NCBI GenBank assembly: GCA_016703425.1
Contig: JADJCA010000011.1
Coordinates: 250,050-314,049 of the forward strand
Source: Myxococcales bacterium
Lineage (GTDB): Bacteria > Myxococcota_A > Polyangia > Polyangiales > Polyangiaceae
Reading direction: 5' to 3'
Length of the DNA stretch: 64,000 nucleotides
Shown: positions 51,716 through 61,643 of the stretch, piece by piece
Position numbering within the stretch: position 1 is the stretch's first letter
Layout of the letters: the number at the start of each line of letters is the position of its first letter
Notes under the pieces: model-generated
What the model was told of the DNA's origin: nothing
The model's database searches: none
What the model saw: only the letters and a program-made list of their open reading frames with translations
Translations under genes and position numbers: made by a program

Positions 51716-52744
51716 TTAGCCGTCGACGACGTTGAGCACGTATTCGGCGATCTTCTCGTGACCCTTGGGCGTCGGGTGAATGCACGTAAAGTCGAACCAG
51801 AGCTCGGCGCCGGGGCCCCGGTAACACTGCAGCGCGGGGTCGTCCCGGTGGTAGCCGTGGCCGCAGAAGTTCTCGAGAAGAAATAGAACGTCGCTCCCGG
51901 TCTCGACGGCGTGGCGCACGAGCTCCTCTTCGAAGTGCGAAACGATGGGCTCGCCGGCCTTGAAGACGCCGCCGTTGCCGGTGAGGTTCGCCGCCGGGCA
52001 CGACGAGAGATCACCGGTCGTGTCGGTGTATTCGTAGACGTTGCCAAAGATGACGAAGCTCCCGTTCGGGAAGCGCGCCTTGTCCTTGAGCCAATCAAGG
52101 GCGGAGCGGAGCTGGCCAGCGGCCTCGTCGGCAACGGCCTGTCCTTCGGCGGGCGTGAGGTTGTCGCCGCTCCAAGCGTGGACGTCGTTGCCACCCAGCG
52201 TCATGACGACGAGCGTGCGTTTCGGTTCGACGGCCGCTGCAAAACATGTCTCGAGCTGGCCCTTCTGCCCGGACTTGGGGTCGTTCGCGAGGTCCGCCAT
52301 GCGCGCGCCCCAACGCGCGCAGTTCTTCACCTCGACGTCACCAAAACGCGCGCGAACGCCGGCTTCGACGCGCGCGCGGTAGATCTGGTTCGACGCGGTA
52401 GGGGGGGTGCCTTGCGTGATCGAGTCGCCGAGGAACACGAGCTTCTCCACGCCTCGAATCGACTGGGCCTGGGTGCCGGCGCAGTGGCGCCCCATCTTCG
52501 GCGCGAACCGATCGTAGTTCGGGCCCGGCACCGGGCCCGCGAGATCCGCGAAACAGTCCGTTGGCTTCGTCGGTGAGGGTCGGTCGTCGATGGCGTCGAT
52601 CGCCACGTCGGGGGCCGCCGCGTCGGAGGAGGTCGCCGCGGCCGGCGCGTCGACGTTTCCACCACACGCGACGTGACCGAGCACCAGGGTCGCCGTGGTT
52701 GTCACCAAGGGCAGGAGCCATGGCAGCCAGGACGCGACGCGCAT
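51716..52744 (-). CDS. SGNH/GDSL-family hydrolase lipoprotein
   Basis: Internal ATG at 52744 (signal LPWLLPLVTTTATLVLG). Block I FLGDSITQG, block III GGNDV, block V HPTPKGH. Confidence 0.6.
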   Translation of the reverse strand: MRVASWLPWLLPLVTTTATLVLGHVACGGNVDAPAAATSSDAAAPDVAIDAIDDRPSPTKPTDCFADLAGPVPGPNYDRFAPKMGRHCAGTQAQSIRGVEKLVFLGDSITQGTPPTASNQIYRARVEAGVRARFGDVEVKNCARWGARMADLANDPKSGQKGQLETCFAAAVEPKRTLVVMTLGGNDVHAWSGDNLTPAEGQAVADEAAGQLRSALDWLKDKARFPNGSFVIFGNVYEYTDTTGDLSSCPAANLTGNGGVFKAGEPIVSHFEEELVRHAVETGSDVLFLLENFCGHGYHRDDPALQCYRGPGAELWFDFTCIHPTPKGHEKIAEYVLNVVDG

Positions 52745-52854
52745 CACCGAAGCATGGCACTTCGAACCGAGCTGTGAAACCACTATGCGGCCCGACGAAG
52801 CTCGGCGGGCGCGGTCCGTCCACCTTGGTCAGGGAGGCGCACGACAGCGTCACG

Positions 52855-55032
52855 TCAGCGCGTGTTGCCCTCGAGCTCTTCGAGGACTCGCGTCGCTCCG
52901 TAGACGACCTTGAGCGCGTGCACGATGCCGCGGCCGTGCACGGCGACGGCGCGGTTCTTCTCGCCCTCGTAGCCGAAGTCACCGCCCAGCGAGTGGATGT
53001 TGCCGTCGAAGATGAGACCGACGATCTCGCCTTGCTTGTCGATGACCGGCGAGCCGGAGTTGCCGCCGATGATGTCGTTGGTCGTCACGAAATTGAACGG
53101 CACGTCTCGGTCGACAGCCTTCCCAGCGCTAATCCATCGCGGTGGCAGCTCGAACGGTTCGGCCCCCGTCGCGCGGTCGAAGAGGCCACCGAAGGTCGTG
53201 GCCATGGGCACATCACGCGCGCCGTCGCGATAACCTCGGGCGACGCCAAAGGACAACCGGAGCGAGAACGTCGCGTCGGGATAACGGCTCGTGCCCTCCG
53301 CCGCGAAGCGCGCACGGGCGATGAGCTCATCGTTCTTCTTGATGATCGCGTCGACCTTGTCTTCCCACTCCTTGCGGACCGCGCGGGCCGGGCCGTCGAG
53401 CGTTCGGGCCAAGACGAGCATCGGGTCCTGACTCTTGGCCACGGCGGCGAGATCGCCGAACAACGACTTGCGAAAGCTCGGCGAGCCCAGCTTGGTGCCA
53501 CGCACGGCGGCTGACGCGACGTCGCGCGGGGACTTCTTGCCGAGCACGGCGCGCACCGCCGGGTCGTCGGGGGAGATGAGCTCGCGAAGCTTCACGAGGC
53601 CGTGCGTGAGCAGGAGCGACTCGAGGCCGACGTAGGTCGGTGCGTCGGCGAAGAGCTGCGCCTTGATGGCGGGCTTCTTCGCGTCGGCGTACTCCGGCAG
53701 GCGCTCTTCGTTCTTCTTTTCGAACTCGGCGGCGGCGCGAACCAGGGTGCGCGCGTAGCCGAAGAGGTCCGCGTCGATGGCGGCGCTTCCTTCGAGGGCC
53801 GCGTAGCGAACGAAGAGACGCTTCGCTTCCTCTTCGGCGCGCGCGATGGCATCCCACGCGCCCTTCGCTTGCGCAAGCTCGGGACGCGTGGCGGACTCGA
53901 CGGCGTTGCGCAACGACGCCTCGGCGGCGCGCTTCTTTTCGAGGAAGGCCGGCTCCACGAGGGCCTCGCGACGGCCGCGGAGGGCCTTGAGCCCGTTCTC
54001 GATGGTGTGGAGCGTCTCCTGGGACGTGCGCCGCTCTTCCTTGCCGATGGAAGCGTATTGGTTGAGGAGACCTCGCTTCTCGGAGAGCCACTGCAAGCGA
54101 TTGGGCAACTCGACGTCGCGCTTCCACGCGAGCTGCGAGAGCGTGAGGAGGCGCGACGTGCGCCCCGGGTGACCCGCGACGAAGGTGAGCTCTCCCTCCT
54201 TCGGTCCGACCTTTGACCATGGAAAGTAGTGCGGTTGCTCGAGCGGCCTCTGGTCCTTGCCGTAAACGCGCAGGAACGTGAGGTCGAGGTTGTACCGAGG
54301 GAAGTTGAAGTTGTCGGGGTCGCCGCCAAAGAAAGCGATGCCTGACTCCGGCGCGAAGACGAGGCGCACGTCCTGAAAGCGCGCGTAGCGGTAGAGGTGA
54401 TAGAGGCCCCCCCGGTAGAGCGACACGACGTCGCAGCGCGCGCCGTCGTCCTTCGCGCACGCCTTCTCGAGCTTCGCGACGACGCCCTTTTGCGCGTCGA
54501 GGTAGGCGCGATCGGACAGGCCTTTGGTTGCCGCGGCGACCTGTTCGGTGACGTCGGTGATCTCCACCAACTGATTGACCTCCATGCCCGGGCAACGACG
54601 CTCGTCGGCTTGGGTCTTCGCCGTGAACCCAGCGGCCGTAAGATCGTTCGCCTTGGTGGAGAGCTGCGCGATGCAGTCGGCGGCGCAGTGATGATTGGTC
54701 ATCACGAGGCCGTGCTTCGACACGAAGCTTCCGGAGCAACCGAGCGCGAGCCTTACAGCCGAGAGGCGCGTGTGCTCGAGCCACTCCTTGCTGGGCGAGA
54801 AGCCGCGGAAGCGACCGAGCCGCTCCGAGGGGAAGTCGCTGAGGAGCCACATGCCCTCGTCGCTCGTGAGCTCGGCGGCCTTTGGCGTCGAGGGCGTTGC
54901 CGGCAAAGCGCGCTCTTGCGCGACGGAGGGCACGGCGGGCAGCGGCGCTGGGACGTGCGGCGGGGCGGGCTCGGCGCCCCCGGCACAACCGACAAGGATC
55001 AGAAGCGCGAGGCCCGGCAGACGATGTGACAT
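52855..55032 (-). CDS. S46-family dipeptidyl-peptidase (DPP7/DPP11-like) lipoprotein
   Basis: Signal LALLILVGCAG. S46 landmarks GMWLLSDFP, VMTNHHC, and catalytic-Ser region GGNSGSPVID near the C-terminus; 725 aa. Confidence 0.6.
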   Translation of the reverse strand: MSHRLPGLALLILVGCAGGAEPAPPHVPAPLPAVPSVAQERALPATPSTPKAAELTSDEGMWLLSDFPSERLGRFRGFSPSKEWLEHTRLSAVRLALGCSGSFVSKHGLVMTNHHCAADCIAQLSTKANDLTAAGFTAKTQADERRCPGMEVNQLVEITDVTEQVAAATKGLSDRAYLDAQKGVVAKLEKACAKDDGARCDVVSLYRGGLYHLYRYARFQDVRLVFAPESGIAFFGGDPDNFNFPRYNLDLTFLRVYGKDQRPLEQPHYFPWSKVGPKEGELTFVAGHPGRTSRLLTLSQLAWKRDVELPNRLQWLSEKRGLLNQYASIGKEERRTSQETLHTIENGLKALRGRREALVEPAFLEKKRAAEASLRNAVESATRPELAQAKGAWDAIARAEEEAKRLFVRYAALEGSAAIDADLFGYARTLVRAAAEFEKKNEERLPEYADAKKPAIKAQLFADAPTYVGLESLLLTHGLVKLRELISPDDPAVRAVLGKKSPRDVASAAVRGTKLGSPSFRKSLFGDLAAVAKSQDPMLVLARTLDGPARAVRKEWEDKVDAIIKKNDELIARARFAAEGTSRYPDATFSLRLSFGVARGYRDGARDVPMATTFGGLFDRATGAEPFELPPRWISAGKAVDRDVPFNFVTTNDIIGGNSGSPVIDKQGEIVGLIFDGNIHSLGGDFGYEGEKNRAVAVHGRGIVHALKVVYGATRVLEELEGNTR

Positions 55033-55853
55033 GGCGGGCGAGTAGAGCGCATTTCACAACGTGAATGCGCTCGAAACCAGGACACGCCCGATTGAACGGT
55101 CCTCGCCGATTCCGCCGAAGTCGGGCTTGCTCGCCAAAACCGTGGCAGGCCCGATTTCGGCGTCGACGACTGTGAAGTGCGCCCTCTACGACCGAGATGG
55201 GCTGGGCAAGGGGCGATCAGAGCACCGCATGGCTCAGCGCCAATGTGTGTGGCGCGAGGCGATCACGGAAAACGGGCCGGCGTCAGCTCGACGGTCGCTG
55301 GCACATGACCTGCGAGGTCCGAGAGCACGAGGTTCACATGAAGTCAGCCATGAATCCAGTCATGAAGTCAGTGAGCATCGAAGCGCTCGACGCCGTTGTG
55401 GAGGCCTCGCGCTTCCGGCGCGCCCGCTCCCCGCCTTGCCGCAACAACCCGAGAACTACGACTTCTTCGCTCCCTACGTGGATCGCAATCCGACGTATCA
55501 GCCCGGTCGAGACGCCCCGCCCACTGATCAAGGACCGCTTCGGCCCGAGGAGCTCTTGGACCCACCGCCGGCAGAGCGCGACGCCGCCTTCAGGGCCCCA
55601 ACAAGCAACCAATTCGATGGGCCCGTCCGCTCGGACCCCAACGAAGCACCGCAACCCCAGGTGGAGGAGCCCTTCGACCAAAGGTTTGTCGACAACGTCC
55701 CGCCGCAGCCCGAACCGTGGCAGCCGCCCGACGAGACGATCGACGATCGCCCCGTTCAGTCGGACCCCAACGAGGCCATGCAGCCGACGGCTGACTACGA
55801 CGGCGCAGGCTTCGAAGAGTGACGCTGCGCGCTGAGAGATGCCGCTGGTCTAG

Positions 55854-56705
55854 CTACCGCGCGCCGCGGAGCTCGTCGGCGTAGACGTCTTCGATGGCGC
55901 GGGGGTTGATCTTGATGCCGCCCGAGACGACCGGGTCCGCGTCTTCGCCTTCGTCGAGGCTGAGCATCGTGAAGTGCGACGTGAGCTCCTGAGGGATCGG
56001 GCTCGCGAGGTGACAGACATAGGCCGAGTAGGCGACTTGCGACGCCTTCCGGAAGAAGGTGAGGACGTGCGTCGGGAGGCACCGCGTGCCGCTGTAGTCC
56101 GTGTCGATGGACTGCTCGATGTTCATCGCCGCGAGGACCTTGTCGATGCCCTCGGCCTTGTCGACGTGAGCGATGCCCGTCGGCGCGTCGCCAACGCGCT
56201 GCAGCTTCTTGATGTCGATCTTGTCGATGCCCCACAGGGCGTCCTTCGGGACAAGCGGGGCGTCGAGCGCTTGGCTGACCTCGTCGCTGCGCAGGATGAT
56301 CGGAATGGTGGTGCCGTCGGCGCGCTCAACGGAGCCCATGCGGCACGTGTAGCCGCCGGTCGCGACTTGTTCGCCCTTGGCGTTGAAGAACTTCATGCTC
56401 GTGCGCGTGCTGCCGGGGTGGCAAAGCGGGATCGCGTCGGCCTCGGTGCGCCGCTTGAGGCCTCGGACGATCTTCTTCACCTTGGCATCAGCGCCGATGG
56501 TGAACGTGTGCTTGGAGGGGCGACCGTTCATCTGGCCGGCGCCCGGCGTGACGGTCTCGAACTCAATGGCCGCGACATCGGGGAGCATGCGCATCGAGAG
56601 CGCTTCTTCCTCCGAACCGTCGGCCGAGGGGCCGTCTACGGCCGAACCCCCACAAGCGGCCGCGAGGAGAGAGACCGAGCTGAGAAGAAGCGTTCGAAGG
56701 TTCAT
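55854..56705 (-). CDS. Hypothetical lipoprotein
   Basis: ORF 55854..56864; internal ATG at 56705 gives MNLRTLLLSSVSLLAAACGG lipobox. No recognisable domain. Confidence 0.4.
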   Translation of the reverse strand: MNLRTLLLSSVSLLAAACGGSAVDGPSADGSEEEALSMRMLPDVAAIEFETVTPGAGQMNGRPSKHTFTIGADAKVKKIVRGLKRRTEADAIPLCHPGSTRTSMKFFNAKGEQVATGGYTCRMGSVERADGTTIPIILRSDEVSQALDAPLVPKDALWGIDKIDIKKLQRVGDAPTGIAHVDKAEGIDKVLAAMNIEQSIDTDYSGTRCLPTHVLTFFRKASQVAYSAYVCHLASPIPQELTSHFTMLSLDEGEDADPVVSGGIKINPRAIEDVYADELRGAR

Positions 56706-56888
56706 GGAGCTCCTGCGCAAGCGACGCCGAAGCCGACAATCAACCACCATGCCACACATGGGCGCCGTATTTCGGCCGCAGAATGCGGCTCGCGGATCGC
56801 GGCCCGAGCGCGCCGTGGGTCGCCGGATCCATCGTCGGCATGGAGATCGGGACGCGGCTCCCAAAAAGCGGACTATAAATGCCGGCCC

Positions 56889-58031
56889 ATGGGCTTCGAT
56901 CCGAACGCGGCCGCCCCGCCCGATTCAGGCATCTTCGGCCTCCCCACGGCGCCCGACGACGCGCGCGTCGTCCTCGTGCCGGTGCCCTGGGACGCCACGA
57001 CCTCCTACCGCGCTGGGACCGCTCGCGGGCCCGACGCGATCCTAGAGGCCTCGAAACAGGTCGACCTCTTCGACATCGAGACAGGCAAGCCGTACGAAGC
57101 CGGCCTCGCGATGCTGGACGCGGAAGCTGACGTTGCGGCGTGGAACCGAACGGCGCGCGCGCTCGCGCTTCCGATCCTCGAAGCCGGTGGCATCACGACC
57201 CCCGACGCGGACCTCGAGGGCAAACTCGCTCGCGTGAACCAGTTTGGCGAGCGCGTGAACCAGCGCGTCTACGAGACCGTGGGCCGGTGGCTCGACAAGG
57301 GAAAGATCGTCGGCGTCGTCGGTGGCGATCACGCGACGCCCTACGGCGCCATCCAAGCGCTCTCGGAGCGCCATCCCGGGCTCGGCGTCTTGCATATCGA
57401 CGCCCACGCCGACCTCCGCCGCGCGTACGAGGGCTTCGAGTGGTCCCACGCGTCGATCATGGAGAATGTCACGCGGCGCTTGGACGGCGTGGGCAAGCTC
57501 GTTCAAGTCGGCATTCGCGACTTCTGCGAAGAGGAGTTCACGCGCATTCGTCAGAGCAAGGGACGCATCGTCACGCACTTCGACGCGGAGCTCGCTGACG
57601 CACGGCGTCGCGGCGCGCTCGACAAGCGCTTCGCCGACATCGCCCGGGCGTTGCCGCAGAAGGTCTACGTCTCCTTCGACATCGACGGCCTCGATCCTGT
57701 GCTGTGCCCCGGTACCGGCACGCCGGTGCCAGGCGGCCTCGCCTTTCACGACGTGAGCGCGCTCTTGCGCGCCGTCCTCGCGGCCGGCAAGCGCATTGTC
57801 GGCTTCGACTTGAACGAGGTCTCGCCCGGCGACGACGACGACGAGTGGAACGGCAACGTCGGCGCCCGTGTACTTTACAAGCTCATCGGCTGGACCCTCT
57901 TGTCACAGGGCATCGGGCGACCGCCGGAGCGGCTCGTCACGCCCTCGAAGCGGCGCCCGAGCGCCCCGCGCAACCCCCGCCGAAAGCGAGCCGTCGCGCC
58001 GCGCGCACCGGCCGGTCGACCCAAACGGTAG
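56889..58031 (+). CDS. Arginase/agmatinase/formiminoglutamase-family ureohydrolase (agmatinase-like) with basic C-terminal tail
   Basis: ORF 55974..58031; ATG at 56889. Mn-binding motifs GGDHATPYG, HIDAHADL, SFDIDGLDP. The last 30 aa are Arg/Lys/Pro-rich. Confidence 0.7.
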   Translation: MGFDPNAAAPPDSGIFGLPTAPDDARVVLVPVPWDATTSYRAGTARGPDAILEASKQVDLFDIETGKPYEAGLAMLDAEADVAAWNRTARALALPILEAGGITTPDADLEGKLARVNQFGERVNQRVYETVGRWLDKGKIVGVVGGDHATPYGAIQALSERHPGLGVLHIDAHADLRRAYEGFEWSHASIMENVTRRLDGVGKLVQVGIRDFCEEEFTRIRQSKGRIVTHFDAELADARRRGALDKRFADIARALPQKVYVSFDIDGLDPVLCPGTGTPVPGGLAFHDVSALLRAVLAAGKRIVGFDLNEVSPGDDDDEWNGNVGARVLYKLIGWTLLSQGIGRPPERLVTPSKRRPSAPRNPRRKRAVAPRAPAGRPKR

Positions 58032-58123
58032 CTGCGCCCTAGCGACCTGAGTCCACGCTGCGCCGCGACACCGGTTGTCACGAGTGCACCGCCTGAAGCG
58101 GAGCTTGCGCATCTCGACGGCGG

Positions 58124-59761
58124 TTAACGCTTGGCGAGATGGACCTTCGGGGCCTCTTTCGGAGCGGCGAGCCCCGCAACGTCGTCGCGCGAGAAAGCCT
58201 TCGCGTGAGCCGCCGCGAGGAGCGCGTTGTCACGCTCGCCGCCCGCCGCCAGCGCGAGCGCTCGCACTCCGAGCAGCCGCGCTGTGGTGCGCGACAAGGT
58301 CTCCGCCCGCGCCATGGCGAGTGCTCGCGCCAGCGGCACGACGACGCGGTCCACCTCGTCGAGACGCTTCCGCCGCTCGAGGGCGCCGCGCGGCTCGACC
58401 TCGTAGGCGTCGAAGAAGCCGTGCATGGTGAGGTGGCGCGTAAGGCCCTTGTCCCACGACGGCGAGTAGAGCGCGGCCACGGGCCGAGTCTCGGCGAGCT
58501 TCCCGAGGGCCAGCTCGCTCAACGCCCCTACGAGGGTGACGTCGCGGACCAGGGGCCGGAGCGCGTCGTCTCGCTGGAGCTCGGCGCGCGCCATCCGGCC
58601 GCCGATGTCGTAGAGAGGCAAGAGGGCACTCGCCTCAGGCCCATCGCCGGCGAGCCACGCGGCGACGAGACGACGCGCGACGACGGGGTCTTCGGTCACG
58701 ACGAGCGAGCCGGGCTTGTGCGAACCGAACGCGCTCTCGGCCCAATCCACGCGTTCGAGCGACGCGCGAGCCTCCAAGACGAGGCTCGACTCATCGAGCG
58801 CGACGGCGGCGAAGGTGGCCGAGAACACCGCCACCATCGCTGCGCTGGCGGCGGCCAGCGGCAGGCGCAAGCGAGCGACGGCGACGACGCCGCGGGCCAT
58901 GGCGACGGCCGCGAAGGTGTGGACGCCGGCGAAGAAGAGGAGCGCCGAGGCGTCGTAGCGTTCGGGCCCGGGAGCGGGGCGGAACAAGGCGACCATGGCG
59001 GCGGCGGCAGTCACGGCGAGCGCGACGAAGAGCGGGCGGCCGCGCCTTTGGGCGACGGCGAGGACGACGCCAAGGGCGCCGAGGGCCGACGTGACCAACC
59101 CAACGTCGTCGCGAAGAAACGCTCGCAACGCCTGGGCGTTCGGCGCGAAGGGCGGCGCATCTGTGGCAGGGAAGACGAATGCACTCGCCCGATGGCGGGC
59201 CAGCGCGAAGAGCACGACCACGGCGAGCGACGCGAGCGCGGCGATGGCGACGGGGCGCGAGGGAACGAACGTGCGCCACGGCGATAGCGATGAACCGTCA
59301 CGAGGAGAGAGCCCAGGCGCCGAGGCGAGAAACGTGGCGAGCCCCAGGATGGCGGCAGTGGGGAGCGTCGCCGAGAGCATCGCCGTAGCTTCCAACTGCC
59401 ACGGCGGCGACAGCGTCGTCGCGAGCGACGCGGCGACCGCGACGAACGTGCCCAAACGCGTGGACGCGGGCGTGACGAGGACCTGTTTCGTGAGAAGAAA
59501 GAGGAACAGGCCGGCAAGCCCGGCTGCCAAGGCCGAAGGGATGGCGAGCCTAAACGCGAGCGTGCCGAGAGGAAGCGCGAGAAAGGGCGCGGCCACGAAG
59601 GGCTCGAGCGTCGGCATGGGCCCGACAACGCCGAGGCCCAACGCGCGCACCAGCAACTCGTCGTGGGCGCCGTCGTCGGCGAGCGGGAGCCGATGGAGGG
59701 CCAACAGTGCTGGCACCAGCGCCGCGATCGCGAGGAGCAGCGTGTCCACGAGACGCGCCAT
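58124..59761 (-). CDS. Polytopic integral membrane protein with C-terminal soluble domain, unknown function
   Basis: Internal ATG at 59761 (MARLVDTLLLAIAALV). At least 10 hydrophobic helices in the first ~380 aa, then a soluble ~170 aa region. Confidence 0.4.
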   Translation of the reverse strand: MARLVDTLLLAIAALVPALLALHRLPLADDGAHDELLVRALGLGVVGPMPTLEPFVAAPFLALPLGTLAFRLAIPSALAAGLAGLFLFLLTKQVLVTPASTRLGTFVAVAASLATTLSPPWQLEATAMLSATLPTAAILGLATFLASAPGLSPRDGSSLSPWRTFVPSRPVAIAALASLAVVVLFALARHRASAFVFPATDAPPFAPNAQALRAFLRDDVGLVTSALGALGVVLAVAQRRGRPLFVALAVTAAAAMVALFRPAPGPERYDASALLFFAGVHTFAAVAMARGVVAVARLRLPLAAASAAMVAVFSATFAAVALDESSLVLEARASLERVDWAESAFGSHKPGSLVVTEDPVVARRLVAAWLAGDGPEASALLPLYDIGGRMARAELQRDDALRPLVRDVTLVGALSELALGKLAETRPVAALYSPSWDKGLTRHLTMHGFFDAYEVEPRGALERRKRLDEVDRVVVPLARALAMARAETLSRTTARLLGVRALALAAGGERDNALLAAAHAKAFSRDDVAGLAAPKEAPKVHLAKR

Positions 59762-59989
59762 CTTGCCAAGGCGAGGCGCGCCTCGGCTGCTGGGATGGTC
59801 GTCGCTTTTGGGCTGGGCGTTGGCGATCACGGGGGGGGGTGCGCTACGGCGGCCTTCAGAGGATGCGCTCGGCGGCACCCCCACACATGCCGGGCGCCGG
59901 GAAAAGCGGCAACATTTCGTCCTTCGAGACGCCGCTCACCGGCCGCGTTATGGAATCCGAGCATGCCGCCAACGAGCCGACGGTCACCC

Positions 59990-60364
59990 ATGCCTTGGCA
60001 ACCCGCCGCCTTGGCGCTCCTTGGCGCCGCGACGATGAGCGCCGCGTGCGGTGAGCCGTCGTACGTCTTCTTGGTACGCACCTACGTCGGAGAGCGTGAC
60101 TGCTTGCGGACAGCCGACGCCTTCGACGTGATGCGGGGCACGGACCCGGGCACTTGCGCGGCGCGATGCGTGAGCGTCGCGTCGCCCGACGGCGGCGCTC
60201 GGGCGACGCTCCTGGCGCTCACCTGCGGCCCCTTGCCCGTGGGCATGCGGGACGAAGCCAACGTTGCCTGGTGCCGCGCCGCGCTCGACGCCGAACAACG
60301 GAGCAACGCGTGTTTCGCAGACGGCGGCGCTCGAGCCCCGCTGACCGACGCCAGCGCCGAGTAA
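59990..60364 (+). CDS. Small Cys-containing lipoprotein, hypothetical
   Basis: ORF 59663..60364; ATG at 59990 gives MPWQPAALALLGAATMSAACG; 124 aa, 6 Cys. Confidence 0.3.
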   Translation: MPWQPAALALLGAATMSAACGEPSYVFLVRTYVGERDCLRTADAFDVMRGTDPGTCAARCVSVASPDGGARATLLALTCGPLPVGMRDEANVAWCRAALDAEQRSNACFADGGARAPLTDASAE

Positions 60365-60568
60365 GCAGGCGTCACGAAGCGCGTCGCCAGCTCCCCACTA
60401 AACAGCGCGTGGGCGGCGGCCCTCGGCGCACCCGTCTCCGACTGGAGACGGATCGCGAAGCTGGGTTCTGCTTGTCGCGTGCGATCCAGGACTTCACACC
60501 CATTTCGTCGAAATTCTCTCACCGTCGGCTTGCGCGGCCGTTGGCACATGACATGTAGGTCGCCCTTC

Positions 60569-61630
60569 ATGCCCCGCATCGCGCTATCCGTAGTTGTCCT
60601 CGCGTCCACCCTCGTCGCCGGCTGCAGCGCTGGGCGAGAGGAGGCTCCCGGCGAAACGGAAGACGCCCTCAGACGCCGCGTCGACGCCGAGTGGTTCTAC
60701 GACGGCGCGCTCCCCGCCCTCAGCGAGGCCAGCGTGGTCGTTTCGCTCAAGGGCCACACGGTCCGCGTCTCGGGCTTTGCGCCCGGCGGCACGAACGTCG
60801 CGAACCTTCCCCACGTCAAGTCGACGCGTGAGGGCGACCGGCTCCACGTCGACGTCGTCTACCCGATCGCTACGGCGCGCCCCGGCAAGAGCAACTCGCC
60901 ACCGGGCGAATACAACTTCCAGGGCGTGCGCCCCTACCGGCCCGACGGCACGGCTGTCACGCGCGACGAAGGCGAGCACTGGGTGCCCTGGGGCGGGTAC
61001 CCCTTCGTGGCTTACAACGGCGGCATCGCGTTCCACGGTCCCATCACGGCCAACGACGCGGCGCAAACGCTCGACGTGCCGGAGGACGACGTTTGGTACT
61101 TGCAGCGTGGGCCCGTCTCGGGCGGATGCAACCGCATGGCCGCCGAGCACATCGTCGAGTTCACGCACGTCATCGGCGTGTCGATGCGCAAGGTCTACGT
61201 TGCCAACAAGACCTACGCCGCCAACACGCCCACGAAGGTCACGGTCATCGACGACTACGACACCATCGGCGACAAGCTCGTCGACGTCGACTACCCGACG
61301 TGGACCGGCGCCGTACGCCCGAGCCTGGAGCACGGCTCAGAGAACGTGACGATGTTCGGCTCCTGGGTCGCCACCGAGACGCCCAACGGCACCGATCTGC
61401 CGCCCTCGATGAAGTGGGAAGGCGGCGTGCGAGGAAAATACTACGTCTTCTCGGAGCACGCGAAGACGGGCCTCGTTTGCTCCGTCGACAAGATCGATCT
61501 GCCCGCGCTCAAGAGCTTCGCGGCGCAGAAGTTCGGCGGCGAGCTGCCGAAGGGTTTCTGCCAAAAGCGCGACTGCGTCGTGAGCGCCTTGCGCAGCGGC
61601 GCCAACGCGAAGAGCGCCTGCGGCCTTTGA
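60569..61630 (+). CDS. L,D-transpeptidase (YkuD) domain lipoprotein
   Basis: ORF 60479..61630; ATG at 60569 gives lipobox VVVLASTLVAGCS. Catalytic motif GGIAFHGP ... SGGCNRM (the H-G ... S-x-G-C-x-R signature). Confidence 0.6.
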   Translation: MPRIALSVVVLASTLVAGCSAGREEAPGETEDALRRRVDAEWFYDGALPALSEASVVVSLKGHTVRVSGFAPGGTNVANLPHVKSTREGDRLHVDVVYPIATARPGKSNSPPGEYNFQGVRPYRPDGTAVTRDEGEHWVPWGGYPFVAYNGGIAFHGPITANDAAQTLDVPEDDVWYLQRGPVSGGCNRMAAEHIVEFTHVIGVSMRKVYVANKTYAANTPTKVTVIDDYDTIGDKLVDVDYPTWTGAVRPSLEHGSENVTMFGSWVATETPNGTDLPPSMKWEGGVRGKYYVFSEHAKTGLVCSVDKIDLPALKSFAAQKFGGELPKGFCQKRDCVVSALRSGANAKSACGL

Positions 61631-61643
61631 CGCGGCCGGACCG

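Noticed and set aside
55974-56888. N-terminal 305 codons of the long ORF containing the agmatinase
   Set aside because: This part is antisense to the lipoprotein gene 55854..56705 and has an Arg-rich composition. The ureohydrolase domain begins at ATG 56889 (MGFDPNAA).
60539-60556. Second copy of CGTTGGCACATGAC as a sigma-54 promoter for the L,D-transpeptidase gene
   Set aside because: The -12 position reads GT instead of the essential GC, and the element ends only about 13 nt before the ATG. It is more likely chance or a different binding site. The motif sharing itself is kept under findings.
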